Positions 47,656 to 61,000 of a stretch of DNA of 64,000 nucleotides are shown in pieces; the first letter of the stretch is position 1, and the number at the start of each line of letters is the position of its first letter. The stretch comes from a virus, in the IMG/VR virus record IMGVR_UViG_3300000115_000007, positions 27,664 to 91,663 of that record; one strand, 5' to 3'. The translations under genes were made by a program, and so were the position numbers. The notes below the pieces were generated by a model. That model was given only the letters and a program-made list of their open reading frames with translations, did not search any database and had not been told where the DNA came from.

Positions 47656-48196
47656 TCAGTGTTGGTCAACACCAATATATAAAACTCAAATTACTTCAGA
47701 CCAATGTGAAGAATTAGTTCAAGAAATTTTACTTAGTACTAATATTATGAAACCACAGGCTGAATACGACAGCGGTACACTTACAGATAAAATTCCATTG
47801 TTAAAAGATTTAGCTATAGAAAAATATACAGAATTTTTTAAAGAAGTATTTAGCATCGACCTAAATGATATGTCTTACGAATTTAGTTCTTGGTTAACAG
47901 GATCTCAAAAAGGATATTCAATGAATATTCATAATCATTCTGGAGCTCAATTTGCTGCAGTATTTTATGTTCTTTCTGACGATATTGATAAAGGTGGAGA
48001 ACTAGTGGCGTACGATCCAAGAGCAAATGCCAACAGAGGTTATTTTGGTAAAACCGCTGAAATGTTTAAACCTATTGAGTACGCACCTAAAACTGGTGAT
48101 GTAATAATTATGCCAGGATATGTTTATCATCTAGTAAAAACATATCACTCTAATCTTAGACTAGCTGTTCCAGTCGATATTTTTTTAAAATCATGA
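47633..48196 (+). CDS. Fe(II)/2OG-dependent oxygenase (TIGR02466-like)
   Basis: HNHSG..FAAVFYV, GGEL..YDPR, PKTGD.IIMPGYVYHLV, RLAV. Confidence 0.85.
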   Translation: MMLKSGINQCWSTPIYKTQITSDQCEELVQEILLSTNIMKPQAEYDSGTLTDKIPLLKDLAIEKYTEFFKEVFSIDLNDMSYEFSSWLTGSQKGYSMNIHNHSGAQFAAVFYVLSDDIDKGGELVAYDPRANANRGYFGKTAEMFKPIEYAPKTGDVIIMPGYVYHLVKTYHSNLRLAVPVDIFLKS

Positions 48197-48233
48197 ATTA
48201 GTTGCTATCCCACCCCACTAAAGAATACTCTTT

Positions 48234-48262
48234 ATTATATCACACTTTTCTATAATTGTAAA
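48234..48262 (-). promoter_or_regulatory. sigma70-type promoter on minus strand, antisense to the cluster
   Basis: Reverse complement reads TTTACA-N17-TATAAT with TGn extension. Confidence 0.6.
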
Positions 48263-48265
48263 TAG

Positions 48266-48300
48266 TATAAATAGCAATACTATGTTTTTATTTATAAATA
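48266..48300 (+). promoter_or_regulatory. two tandem T4-type late promoters
   Basis: TATAAATA at 48266-48273 and 48293-48300 upstream of 48334. Confidence 0.7.
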
Positions 48301-48333
48301 TAGCTAACAAGATATGGTTTAAGGGATTGGGAA

Positions 48334-48723
48334 ATGGCTCATTACGAAGATATAGAAATTGATCAAGGAACTGATGTTGTAATTCAATTGGAACTATATA
48401 ATCCAGACGGATCAAGAAAAACTTTACTTAACTGGGATTCAGATTTAGGAAGCTTTCACAATAATTATGACATGAGAGGTTATATTAAAAAAAGCTATAA
48501 CTCAACAGACTCAGCAGTTCAGTTTGGATGTACCGCATACAATCCACAAAATAAAGAAAATATTTTAGAGCTATCTTTAACTAATGTACAAACCGATGCA
48601 ATGCGCGCCGGCCGGTTTGTGTATGATGTTGAGATAGCGTCTACCGATAGTGACACTGGCATTGTAACAGTAGAACGCATTTTACAAGGGAATTTGACAT
48701 TAGTACCTTCAGTTACTAGATAG
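48334..48723 (+). CDS. virion structural protein (BppU-like adaptor fold)
   Basis: IEIDQGTD, LSLT..QT....AGRFVYDVEI, RILQG.....PSVTR. Confidence 0.75.
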   Translation: MAHYEDIEIDQGTDVVIQLELYNPDGSRKTLLNWDSDLGSFHNNYDMRGYIKKSYNSTDSAVQFGCTAYNPQNKENILELSLTNVQTDAMRAGRFVYDVEIASTDSDTGIVTVERILQGNLTLVPSVTR

Positions 48724-48731
48724 GAAAAACC

Positions 48732-48974
48732 ATGACATACCAAAATATAAAAGTTACCACTGACCGTACGATAGTCAAAAACATTAAAATTGGAACTCCT
48801 CTTCCTTCAATTAAAAAAATTAAAATTAGAAACACTCTAAGAGATACAACCGATATTGCTCTTGTTGAAAATATAGGTGATGGTGCTGTTTTATATTTTG
48901 ATCAAGTCGCTCAAAAATGGAAAAACACAAATAGATTAGAATACGTGAATATAGATGCTGGAGAAGGCTTCTAA
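48732..48974 (+). CDS. small structural/fibre-associated protein
   Basis: AGGA SD; DGAVLYFD....KW...IDAG.F motif. Confidence 0.65.
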   Translation: MTYQNIKVTTDRTIVKNIKIGTPLPSIKKIKIRNTLRDTTDIALVENIGDGAVLYFDQVAQKWKNTNRLEYVNIDAGEGF

Positions 48975-48978
48975 TCAT

Positions 48979-48986
48979 TATAAATA
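48979..48986 (+). promoter_or_regulatory. T4-type late promoter
   Basis: TATAAATA upstream of the giant fibre gene. Confidence 0.72.
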
Positions 48987-49028
48987 GATTTAACATTAAA
49001 GTATAGAATAAGATAGGTTGTTTATTTC

Positions 49029-52000
49029 ATGGCATCTATAATCCAGATTAAAAGATCAGCTACACAGACCATACCGACAAGTTTAGCGATAGGTGAAATG
49101 GCGTATTCATACGCTGATAGTGCAAATTCTCCAGGTACTGCTAAACTTTATATCGGAATAGGTCCTCCAGTCGACAGTGCCCATATTGTGCCCAACATGG
49201 CCACACAAATTGTGACAATTGGTGGTGAATATTATACTAATTTACTTGGAAGTGGTATGCCTGGTATTTCAGTAGCAAATCAATATGTATTATTAGATTC
49301 AAATAGAAAAATAGACTATCAAGCATTTGGTAATTTAGTAGCCGACTCCGGTACAATTAGTAAATTTATGTCTGATAGTGCAGCAATTGCATATGCCAAT
49401 ATTGACTCAGCCCATATCCTAACTCTTTCTGGAAGAAGTATTACTTTTGACTCTGGCGTAATAAGTCAATTTTCAGCTGACAGCGCAAGACTTACATACG
49501 CTCATATCGATACATCTTATCAACCTCTTATCACTGGACCGGATCAGATTATTATTGATCCTACGGCTGTAGGCGACAATACTGGCCGTGTTTTAATTAA
49601 AGGTGATTTACAGGTTGATGGTACACAAACTATTGTTAATTCAACAACTGTATCGACAAACGATATTAATATTACAGTTGCTGATGAAGCTGTTGATAGT
49701 GCTGCAGCAGATGGTGCCGGCTTATCGGTATTTGGTGACAGTTTTTACGACCGTGCCCATCTTAAATGGAATGCTACAACAAATAAATGGAATGTTAATC
49801 CTGGTATAGTAACATCGACTATCGATGCCACTGATAGCGGAGATATTCAAAATCTCACTGGTGACTATGTAGGTTATGCTAGAGGCATTATTAGTCAGTT
49901 CATGTCTGATAGCGCAAGAATTGAACATCTAGTTACTAACACTCAACATAATCAAAATACAGAAACTGTTGGTACTGCATCAACTCAAAATCTTGTACTA
50001 CGATCGTCGTTACCGCAAAGAGTATTATTTTCTGATAGTATTGATGTTGTAAGAGGCGTTGATAATTTCTTATATGTTGAATCCGATTTAGCCAATGATA
50101 ATGATAATAATAAGTACTTCAGAGATGATAAAAAAGAAGGTCTTTTTATTGGTCGTCAGAGATTAAGAGATTCTGGTTATTATAATACATTTATTGGCGC
50201 TGATGGTACTGTAAGAGGAACTACTTTTAAATTTGGTGAAGATGGTAAACCAACTGCTGTACCTGGAGGCTTTGACGGCTACACTGGATTTACGTATCCT
50301 GATATGCCATCGATGGGACAAAGAGAATTAGATTTTTATGGTTTAGAAATTAGAGACAGCGGCCTCTTTTCTACATTACAGCAAAACGTATTTAAAACAG
50401 ATATGAGTGTTGAATCTGCAGCGACATTAAGCCTAACTGGTGACTCGCTTGGCATGATTAGAATTCTAGGATCATTGGATAGTTCATTAATCGAACTTAG
50501 AAAAGATGGATCGATTAACTTTGTTGGAGGTTTATTTCAAGATAATTCAGAATATATCGGTGGTGGTTTATTTAAACCAGTTCCAGGAAATAATATTGGT
50601 GATGTGGCTTATCGTCCTGACCCTACTGTTGCGGCTCAAACTGGGGCAAATCCTTTAGGATTAGGAAACAGACTTGCATATGGCATAGCAGAGCCTAAAC
50701 TTGGTTTTGATATTACTAGTAAATCGTTTCAAGTATCTGCTAAATTTGATCCTACTACAGTTGCTTCTAGAAAGCTTTTTCCATCTAATCTTCAAGCTAC
50801 TGCAACTATGGCTGCTTTTGGACAAGATATTGATGATAGTAATAAAGCTCGCTTACTATTTGATGGTAATGCAGCAAGATTTAGAGCTGGATATTTTGAC
50901 TATGAAGATATCCATGTTAATAATATGGGATTGTATTCAAACGCGTTTGGATTCTCATCTAGAGCGTTTGGTGACTATTCCTTTGCTGCAGGTGATTCAG
51001 CTAAAGCACTATCTAATTATTCTATTGCTATGGGTCAAAAACCTCTTGTGTCTTCCGGAGCGGCGAATGGTATTGTTTTAGGTGGTCTCAGCTCAGTTAA
51101 TACTAATGGTATAAGTACGCCTGAAACACAATTTGCTGGAGCAGCGATTGGATTTAATAATAATATAACAGGCGATTTAGAAAATGCTATAGCAATCGGT
51201 CGCTCAAATACTCTTGCTACTACTGCTTCATGGTCATCTAGTCAATCACATTATCAGAATGTAGCTATCGGCATTGATAATAGCGTATCTAGTATAGTAG
51301 GCGCAAATGTTATATTAGGTGCAAATAATAAAATATTTGGTGATGGTAATGTTACAATCGGCGGATCATTCGATAATGGAGTGGCTGGAAGTAATAAGAT
51401 TGGTGTTGTTGGAACAAATGCTACTGCAAATTATACATTTGGAGAAAACAATACTGTTGCGGGTAGCTTTAACTTTACAATTGGTGAAGGCAATACGGTT
51501 GTAGATGCCTTAACTAATAGAACACTAACATTTGGTCATACCAATACAGTTTCAGCTGATGATGCTATGGCATTTGGCAGACAGAATACAGTTGCAGGTG
51601 AAGGCTCTATGGCATTTGGCCGTGGTGTTACTATTACAGCTGCTGCTGATTATTCAGTGGGCATGAACTTAAATGGTAATCCAGCAGAATTTGCTGAAAT
51701 TAAAGATGCTAACTTCTTCTCTATTCAAAATGGTAACGTAAGTATTGGTTCTGAATCAGATATGTCAGCTATCGGTTTTGCATCAGGTATAGGCAACCTT
51801 TATGTCGATGGAGACATAATTTATACCGGGGCGGTGTTAAAAAGAGCCGGCGCCGGTGTTGCTGCTGATAACCCATGGACAGATGATGGTTTTTCAGTAA
51901 CATTTACTCAAGTGCCAGCTGACGGATCAAAAGAATTAGGTATTAATGTACCGGTACCATACTCATCTACTGAAATTGTAACCGATTATGGTAATAGTCA

Positions 52001-55000
52001 TAAAGGTGGATTTATGATCCACGGCGGATGGGATGGCGCATGGAGAGATCCATCCACTAATAGAAATACTGAAGCTGGTCCTGCAACTATAGAGATGTTT
52101 GATTCAGCTGGTGGCGCATCGACTTTTGCAAGTATTGCATCAAATAATCCAAGCGTATTTGCATATTATCCTCCAGCAGGAATCTTAAGAGCTGGTAGAG
52201 TTAAAGTTACAGATCAGGATCAAGACTCAATTGGTGAAGGATCTATTTCTATTGGCTATTATCATAAAGTACACTCAAATTATGGTGTTGCTTTAGGTGG
52301 TAAAGAAGCAAGTATCATAGCCACTAGTATGACTGCTGACCATTTCGGTACAATTATTTCTTCAACATCAAGTAAAGTAGGTGGTGTAGGTGGTAAACCA
52401 GGCACTAATTCTGGTTTGCGGTCATTTATTATTGGTGGTTCTGGCGCTGAAATTGGCGGATCAAAGTCTGCTATTTTAAACTCAGAAACATCAAAAATTG
52501 ATAGCGATGCTGAAAAATCTATAATTATAAATGCTAATAGTGCAAATATTTATGGCGATAAATCTGTAATTCTTGGTGGCCAAGGTTCTACAATTGGCGG
52601 ATCTAAATCTTCAGGTACCTCATCTACGCCTACATACTCTATGATTTTAAACTCAGTATCTTCAACAATAGATAGTGCGTCAGATTATTCAACAATTATA
52701 AACGGTAATTCATCTACTAAAATATCAGGACAGTCTTCTGCAATAATTGGTCATGGTATTGTAGAAGGCAATAATGCTGCTATAATTGGTAAGGGTAGAA
52801 TCGATGGTAATAGTTCGTTTATACTTGGGTACGGCGGTACTACTACTGCTGTTGTAAAAGGCAACAGCAGTTTACTAATTGGTAAAGGCACTATTCGTGG
52901 AAACAATTCTACGATGGTTGGTACTACTGGCGGTGAAGCAAACGGTAATAACTCACTGGCAATTGGCGGCTCAGGTTCGAAAGTACATGGTATTAATAGT
53001 ATTTCAATAGCAAATGGTACTGGTGATAACTATATAAGAGGCAGTAGGTCAGTGTTTATTGGCCATGGTAACACTGATTCTTCTGCGGCTACGAGCGCGT
53101 TGTTTGGTACTCCTACTAGTGGTACAAGAACTAGAAACTTCTTTATAGGTCGCAATAATGTCGTAGACTCAGTTGGCCATGCTGTATCAGATAACTACAT
53201 CTTTGGTCACGGTAACATCGTATCAACTACTAACGCACAATCAGTATTTCTTATTGGTAAAAACACTAAACTTGATACTAATACCACTAATACTATTATC
53301 TTATCTGCGCCATCTAGCTCGGCTAACGTTGGCAAAAATAATAATACAAAACTTGCTGTCGGTAAAAACACTGCCCGCGGTACAATGGACGTAGCAGGTG
53401 GAAATATTTATTTTGGACATAAGTCTGGTTTGCGTGTTGAAGACGTAGATGGAGACGGAAATCCTATTACCCGCGCGGCTGACAGTTTTGATGCTCAAAT
53501 CTATATTAACGATCAGCCTATCCGTGATTACATAATGAACATTGACCCGGATGGGGAAGATGTCGTATTAATCCCTCAACCTGTTGTACTGCCACTAAGT
53601 ACTGTTACAGAAATTGAGCAAACTAATCCAGCAATTTTAGTCGTAAAGAATACAAATGGATTACTAACAGACGGTACAACAATTAGATTTTCACTACCTT
53701 CAGTTACTGGAATAGGTCAATTCTTAAACGATTCAGTTTATACTGTTACAAATGTTGTTGGCGGTCTGGGTGATAGCTTCTCGCTGACAAACTTCGATAA
53801 TACTTTAAATGTAAGCACATTGAGTGGAGCTTCAAGACAGAAAAATACAGAAATCAAAACATTAAGTAGCACGATTGGTGATCCTAATTATTATGACGTA
53901 TCTCAATGGGGTCTGCCCGATGCATCACCAACTCCGGCGCTACCGTTTGGCCCTTATATTTCTTTACAGCCAGCACCTGTTACAACAACAGCTCCTACAC
54001 ATTTTTTAAATTCAGTAATTATTGATAGCGATTTAATTGTAAAAGGAACTGTATCTTTCCAAGATTCCCTTAGTGTTGCAAAAGATGCTATCATCAATGG
54101 CAATCTAGATGTTCAAACCGGATATATTGATGGTGGTGGCCATTTAAACATAGCATCTTTTGCCACATTTGGTGACAGTGTTAATGTCAGTGGTCGTCTT
54201 ACAGTTGATGGACCATTTACTGGTGGAACATTTGCGCTATTTACTGATAGTATTACTATGGCCGGCGACCTCTCTGGAGTTGAAAATCTAACAGCGTCCG
54301 GAACCGGCACATTTGGTGATAGTGTTAACATTACTGGTAAATTGACTGTATCTGATAGTATATCTGTAGGAGGAAGCGTTAACATTGTTAACAATCTTAC
54401 AATCGGAGGATCAGTCCGTTGGTTAGATAATTCTTATGACGATAGTTTTTACATTGGTAACATGTCATTTGATAGTTATGTTCTTAGACCTGGAAGTAAA
54501 ATTTTTACTGCTGTCACAGGTATGTTCGATACTGATTATGTTCAGATGCGTGTTGACTCTGAAAATAACTGGGTAGTAATGCCTGATGCATTAGTTTATA
54601 ATCCAAATGATAAACCGAAAGCTGTTGCCATAGGCTTATCAAACGATGCGACTTGGACTGGTCAATATAAAACGATGCAAGATGGAAATATTTATCCAGG
54701 TACTTTCCAAACTACAGAATATCAGCTGTCAAGTGCATTTAACAAAGGTGATATTCACAACGGCGGAACAAGTGGAGATTCTATTGGCCTAGACATGCAA
54801 GGACGTCTTAACGTTCGTACAAATGCATTTTATATGGCTAATAACACTAAGCCACCAATTATGGCAAATGGTGTTGGATGGCCTACTAAAGGCTGGATGA
54901 CTCAAGATAATTATATTGACAGACCATACATTTTAAGTATTGTAGATTCTGGTCACATTAAAGGTATTGCAGATTCTGACCACATTAAAAGCGCTGCTAA

Positions 55001-58000
55001 TAGAGGATGGATTCGGTCTCATATCGATTCAGCCTTTGTCATTAGTATTTGGGATTCTGATTATTATTGGAAGCACGATAGCTTTAACGCCATTTATATT
55101 GGCGTACCACACAATGGTGGATATGGAGCAAAAGGCTCTCGTTATGATGGAAATGTAAAACTCGCTCTTAACCAAACTGGCCAAACCGCTACTCATAATT
55201 TAGACATCGTGGGCGATGGTAAACTTTCTAAATCTTTAGAAGCACACGGTGATTTTATTTGGGCAAAGAACAACTTAAAAGTTGGTAATTTCACTGGTAT
55301 TCGTGATTCTAGTGTAAACGAAAGCAAACTTATTGGCACTAGAGGCCTTTATGTTGGTGACAGTGCCCATCTGCGTCAAGGTGTGTTAGTCCTTGGTCAC
55401 GATAACATTCCAAATGGTTCATACACATATACTATGGATAGCCAATATTGGAATGTTAAGCAAACAGTATCTTTAAATAATGCTAATATTGCTGATGGAT
55501 TTAATTTAGATGGATCGCCTAGTGACAGTCATGTAGTAATGTCATTTAGTGATTCTATTAATTTTGGCAGAACTATTGTTAGAAGAACAATTGCTGATGG
55601 AACAAGTTCAAATCTAGTTCGCGGAGTAGATTACGATTCTCTTGGAAATAGAGCATTATTTGATTCGGCGATATATGGTTACGGACAAGCTAAATACGAT
55701 CCATTTATGATCGATCCAAATAGATTGAAAAAAATCTATGTTAAAGAAGCTTCATTATTACCAACTGATTTAAGTCTAGTTGCAAGAGAAATGCATACTG
55801 GACTTGATGAAAATTCTAAAAATTCTCTCATTATAGGTAAATTTATCACTGCCCCAGGCGGCGGATCAATAATATCAAAAGATTCAAATTACTTTGATGA
55901 CAATGGTGGTAGCTTAAGTGTTCAAGCCGGCCTTGCTGTTCATGGTGTTACTGATCCAATTATAAAAGTATATAAGGAAGACGGCGCAACACTTAAAGGT
56001 CAGTTAAGAAAAGGTATTGACTTTGAGATTACGGATTCTTATCAAGTAAGAGTTTTCACTGATACGATTTTGCATCCTGGAATTTTCCCAGGCGGTGTAG
56101 GTGTAGGCGAATCTATTGATGATGCAATTATCAAGTTAGATGATGTAATTGTTATTGAAGATCGTAGAAACGAACTCACAAGTCAAACTGAATTATTTGG
56201 TGTAACTAATATTTACGGAAACATTACACTTGGTAATAAAGCCATGGCCATGGCTGCACGTCCGGGCTACCCACACACGGGAGCTAAGTTTACTACGCAT
56301 GACAGCTTTATTGTTAAAGGCGGAATGACATTTGAGCAAGGTCAAAGACTTCAATACAATGCTGATGTTCATGTTGATTCAACAAAAACATTCTTCTTTG
56401 GTCCAAAAACACCAGGGGATGTTACAACAACTACACTATTTGAGCCTCTTCTCGAATCCGATGGTGCCGGCAATTTAATATCTGGCAGCTTGGTTCATGC
56501 CAGATATAACGGTAAATCACAAGCGACTGATGCTTCAGGCAATCTGCTTTATACTACAGTTGCAGAATCTGATAACTTTGGTCATATTTTACATACTCAT
56601 GAAGCGACCCTACGTGAAACAAGTATGGACTCCCATATCGTTAATCAAATAGCAAGTCGTTCTTTAACTATTGGCGAAAATAATACAATTTTCATCGGTC
56701 CGTCTGTTAACAGCGCACCGTACTTTAAAGCTGAGAGTGATGGTATTGGAAACTTGCTGGGATGGGATGAATCAGCTGGTAGTTACAATGGGACATTTAC
56801 TCCTAAAAATGCTGCTGGTGGTTATGATATTGATGCAACGAATGGTAATGGACCTGATCCCAGAATATATACTACTGACGTATATAGAAGTTCTATAGAT
56901 TCTCATATCATTAATACGATAGCTACTGTTCCAACCGGAATGTCATTATCTACAGATACTGATTTTACAGTTCATGGCGATGTAATAGTAAAAGAAGATT
57001 TAAAAATAAGTCAAAATCTCTACCTTGACTCAGCTCATAGAATGTTCACTAGCACTCCTATTTACTACTACAAATATGATTCTGATGGAAATTATACAAC
57101 TCCAAAATCAATAACTGGAGTTGTTAGAACAAGAGATACTGGTGTTTTTAACAATTATCCAGCCAATCAAAAATTTACCAGATATCAAAAATTATACATT
57201 GACAGAGTCGATGGGGTAATTCAACAAATTGAGTCTGATGGACTTGGCAATCTTATTAAATTAAAAAATGCTGATGGTACTGACAAGATTGCTCAAATTG
57301 GTCTAGATTCACACATTGAGCGAATTATTGATTCTGACTATATTGGTGTACGACTAGAAACTCCATGGAATATTTTGAATGTTGATGACGGTGTTGGTGG
57401 AGTTCAAAAGAAAATATATTATGATGAATACGGTGCGGTAATCGTTGGTCAAAAAGATGCACTTCTTATTGGTGATTTAGCTACTAAATTCATTGTTGAT
57501 TCAGGTAATGCAGTATTCTTATCTTCTGGTATAGATGCTTCGGCAAGTGAAGTACACCGGACAAAGGGTCAAGTTCCAAACTTTGGTACAAAACCACGTA
57601 TGATGTGGATCCCAAAACGTGGAGCATTTAGAGTTGGTGGTTTAAATGTCGGTTCAATTACTGGAAGGCAAAACGATTGGGAAGATAGTAATGTTGGTTA
57701 CGCATCTATCGGTATTGGTAATAATACTAAAGCGTCAGCTTTCTCAACCGCAGTTGGTTATGATGTTGTTGCTGGTGTCACCGCTGGTGATCCACTAGCA
57801 ACTCCAGTTGAATATGAAACAGCAGAAGCTGTCGCATTTGGACATACTATTAAATCACCACATAGTGCAAGTATTGCATTAGGTAGTCATATTACTCACC
57901 ACGAAGATACTCAATATACTGATATTGGTATGCTATCAATTGGTACTCAGTTACAGTCAAGAAATGCTGGGAATATTTCAATTGGTAAAGGAATTAGTTT

Positions 58001-61000
58001 ACCTCAACTTACCGATACTTCTGGTAGCTATGAAAATATATTAGCTATTGGTGAAGCTATTCAAATATATGGCAAAAACAAAGAAACTGTTGCTATTGGA
58101 CGTGGATTAGAAACGTCAGGAGACAATGCTAATAATACAGTGCTAATTGGGCGTGGTGTTAATAGTACGGGTTCAAATAATGGCCTTGCAATTGGTTATA
58201 ACACTTCGTCAAATGCAAGTCTTTCAGGAGCACCTTCGGCAACTCATGCTGTATCGATTGGTAAAAATACTGTAGCGGCTTCAGCCAAGGCCCTTTCTAT
58301 TGGTTATGGTGCTAGTGTTACTGGAACTAAGGGAATAGAAGCAGTATCAATTGGTAGAAATACTTCTGTAACTGCTAATTATGGATTTGCCCTTGGAACA
58401 TCTACTTCAGTCGGTGGCAATGCAACCAGTACTATCGTAATTGGTATTAGCTCTACAGCCTCAAGCAACGCCAGCAACGCCTTAGTAATTGGTAAAAGCT
58501 CTTCAGTTAGCAGTAACGCGACAGGAAGTGTGGTTGTTGGTCAGAGCTCAAGTATTGGTTCAAATATGAAAAGCAGCGTTGCGCTTGGTGTAAGTAACAC
58601 TATGTCTGGTAACGGTACTGGTGCGGTAGCAATGGGCCGCCTTGTCAATGTTTCTGGAAGCTCGGGTATACGAGTTGGAATTGGTAGCAACGTTACGGCA
58701 AGAACTGGTGTTGCAATTGGTTTAAATTCATCAGCAAGCGGTAGCGGGTCTAATTCAGTAGCTATTGGTAGCGGTAACTATGCTTCTTATGGCGGCGTTG
58801 CAATTGGTAAAAACGTTTCACAATCCGGAAGCGGTAGCGGATTTGCTATTGGTAGAGATATTACAACATCTAGTAAAGGTATGGTAATTGGTATTAATTC
58901 CTCTGCTACTAGATCGAGCTTAGCAATAGGTAGTGGTGCAACAGCTAGCGGAACTAATTCAGTATCACTTGGTACCGGAACCGTAGCTGGCTCTCCTGGT
59001 TCGACTAAATCAAACATTGTGGCGGTTGGCTTTAGGACAACCGTAACAGGTAATAGTACAAACTCAATAAACATCGGTTCGAAAAATTTAATATCAGGTA
59101 ATAAAGAATCTGTTGCTGTTGGATCTTCTAATATTATTTCTGGTAACGGCACCCGCGGTATTGCTATTGGTATTCAGAACGTTGTAAGTAAAGAAGGTAT
59201 TGCAATTGGTAGATCAAACCGTTCTACTAAATCTCAATTGGTTATGGGAGTTGGTAATGTTTCAGCTCCAGCCTCTGGCAACGGCGATTGGGAAATAACT
59301 ATTGGCTCATATAACACTGGTAATTTCTCATCTAATATAATAGGTAAATTAAATACTAATAATACGCGAGTTAATATCTTTGGTAATAATAACACTAATA
59401 GTAACTCTGGCGCTCAATCAAATCTTGCTAAATCATATATCTTCGGTATAACTAGTACGATTTCCACTGGCGGTGGTATGGTTTATGGTAAAACTAGTAA
59501 TGTTAGTCATGAAGGTCAGTCATATGGTATTCAAAATACTGTAACTCGCGAAGGTATTGCGTTTGGTTATAATAATAACATAAACAACGTAATGTCTAGT
59601 GCTACAATGTCTATAGCATATGGTAGAGATAATACTGCAAATTCAGAAGGTATTGCGTTTGGTTATAATAATACCGTAACAAACTCTGGTATTGCTTTTG
59701 GACGCGATGCTACAGCTGATGAAAATGGTATTGCTCTTGGTAGATCGCTTACAGCATACGGCACTAATAATTTAGCACTTGGTTCAAATATTACAATCGG
59801 ATCGGTTGGAAATGTTAATTTAAATAGTGTCGCAATTGGTCTTGGTACGACTGCAAATACAGCTACCGAAACAGGTGTGTTCAGTGTTCAAGGTGGTCAA
59901 ACAACATTAAGTGTTACTGCTTTTGATGAGAAAAATAATGTGCCTGCAACTAATAGCGGTGGTTTTGGACATCAGCATAAAAACTTATTAAAACCTAATC
60001 TACAGGTTGGTACTCCATTTGCGTTAGAAGTTAATGGTCCGGTGAATATTACTGGAACTGGTGTTAATGGAAATAAGAACGAGTTATATATCCAAGGGGA
60101 GAGAATAATTGATTATGTTCAATTATTTGCTGCTGATTCAACCTGGATTAAACATATTGCTAATGCGCCTTATGTAAAAAATATAATTAATAAAGAATAT
60201 CTAAGGACAACACAGACTTCAGATCAATTCTTCCACCATAATAATACTCATCTGAATTTTAATGGTCAAGGTAATGTTGGTATTCAAATTGCTAATAACG
60301 CACCTCAATATAATTTAGATGTTAATGGTTCTATTAACTTTGGTAGTTTGTATTGGAATGGCGATGTAGTTATTCCATCTGGCGGATACGATAGTACGAT
60401 ATATTTAAATCATTATACTAATGAAATACAATATATCATCGATCCGGATTCCGCTGAGATTTATTTTGATTCTGCATATGTACAACAGCGTCAAAAATTT
60501 GGGGGCAAAGGCGATGGATATGATTCAATTGCTGTACAAAATTTAATTGATGAAGTTTACATTAATGATCTTGTATATCATGTATGGCCAGATAGTGATT
60601 ATATTGATGGTAAATTAGATAGTGCTGTTAGTGAAGCTTATATTGCGTTCAGAGTTGAAAATCCTGTAGGAATAGGTCAAAGCAGATATTCATTTGGAAC
60701 AAGAGCTGGTAATGCACAATTTAATAATCCAGTAGCTGTAAATCAACAATTCTATGGCACAAGAACTGGTATTGGTAAAGCCATTAATAACGTGAATGGT
60801 AGCACTGTAGCTATGACTGCTGGCGAAGACATGCTAGATATTATGAATAAAAATCTCACAACATCAGGTGCTGGTCTTGGTGTTGCTGGTAGAGTAGTTA
60901 TTGCCGGACCTTCAGCCACATCAACTGAGCCTGCGCTGCAAATATTCAACGGTTATATTGAAGTTGATGGTGAAAGACTCACGACAGACAAACTATTTAA

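Noticed and set aside
36299-48196. Cluster as a queuosine/7-deazaguanine DNA-modification or cofactor pathway (QueE, NrdG, MoaA, PqqE)
   Set aside because: No FolE/QueC/QueD/DpdA, NrdD or other pathway partners recognised; SPASM-type tails and location among fibre genes favour protein substrates. Not fully excluded.
36299-48196. Cluster as bacterial DNA misassembled into the phage contig
   Set aside because: It carries the same early promoter form and TATAAATA late promoter as the rest of the phage and is flanked in order by virion genes.
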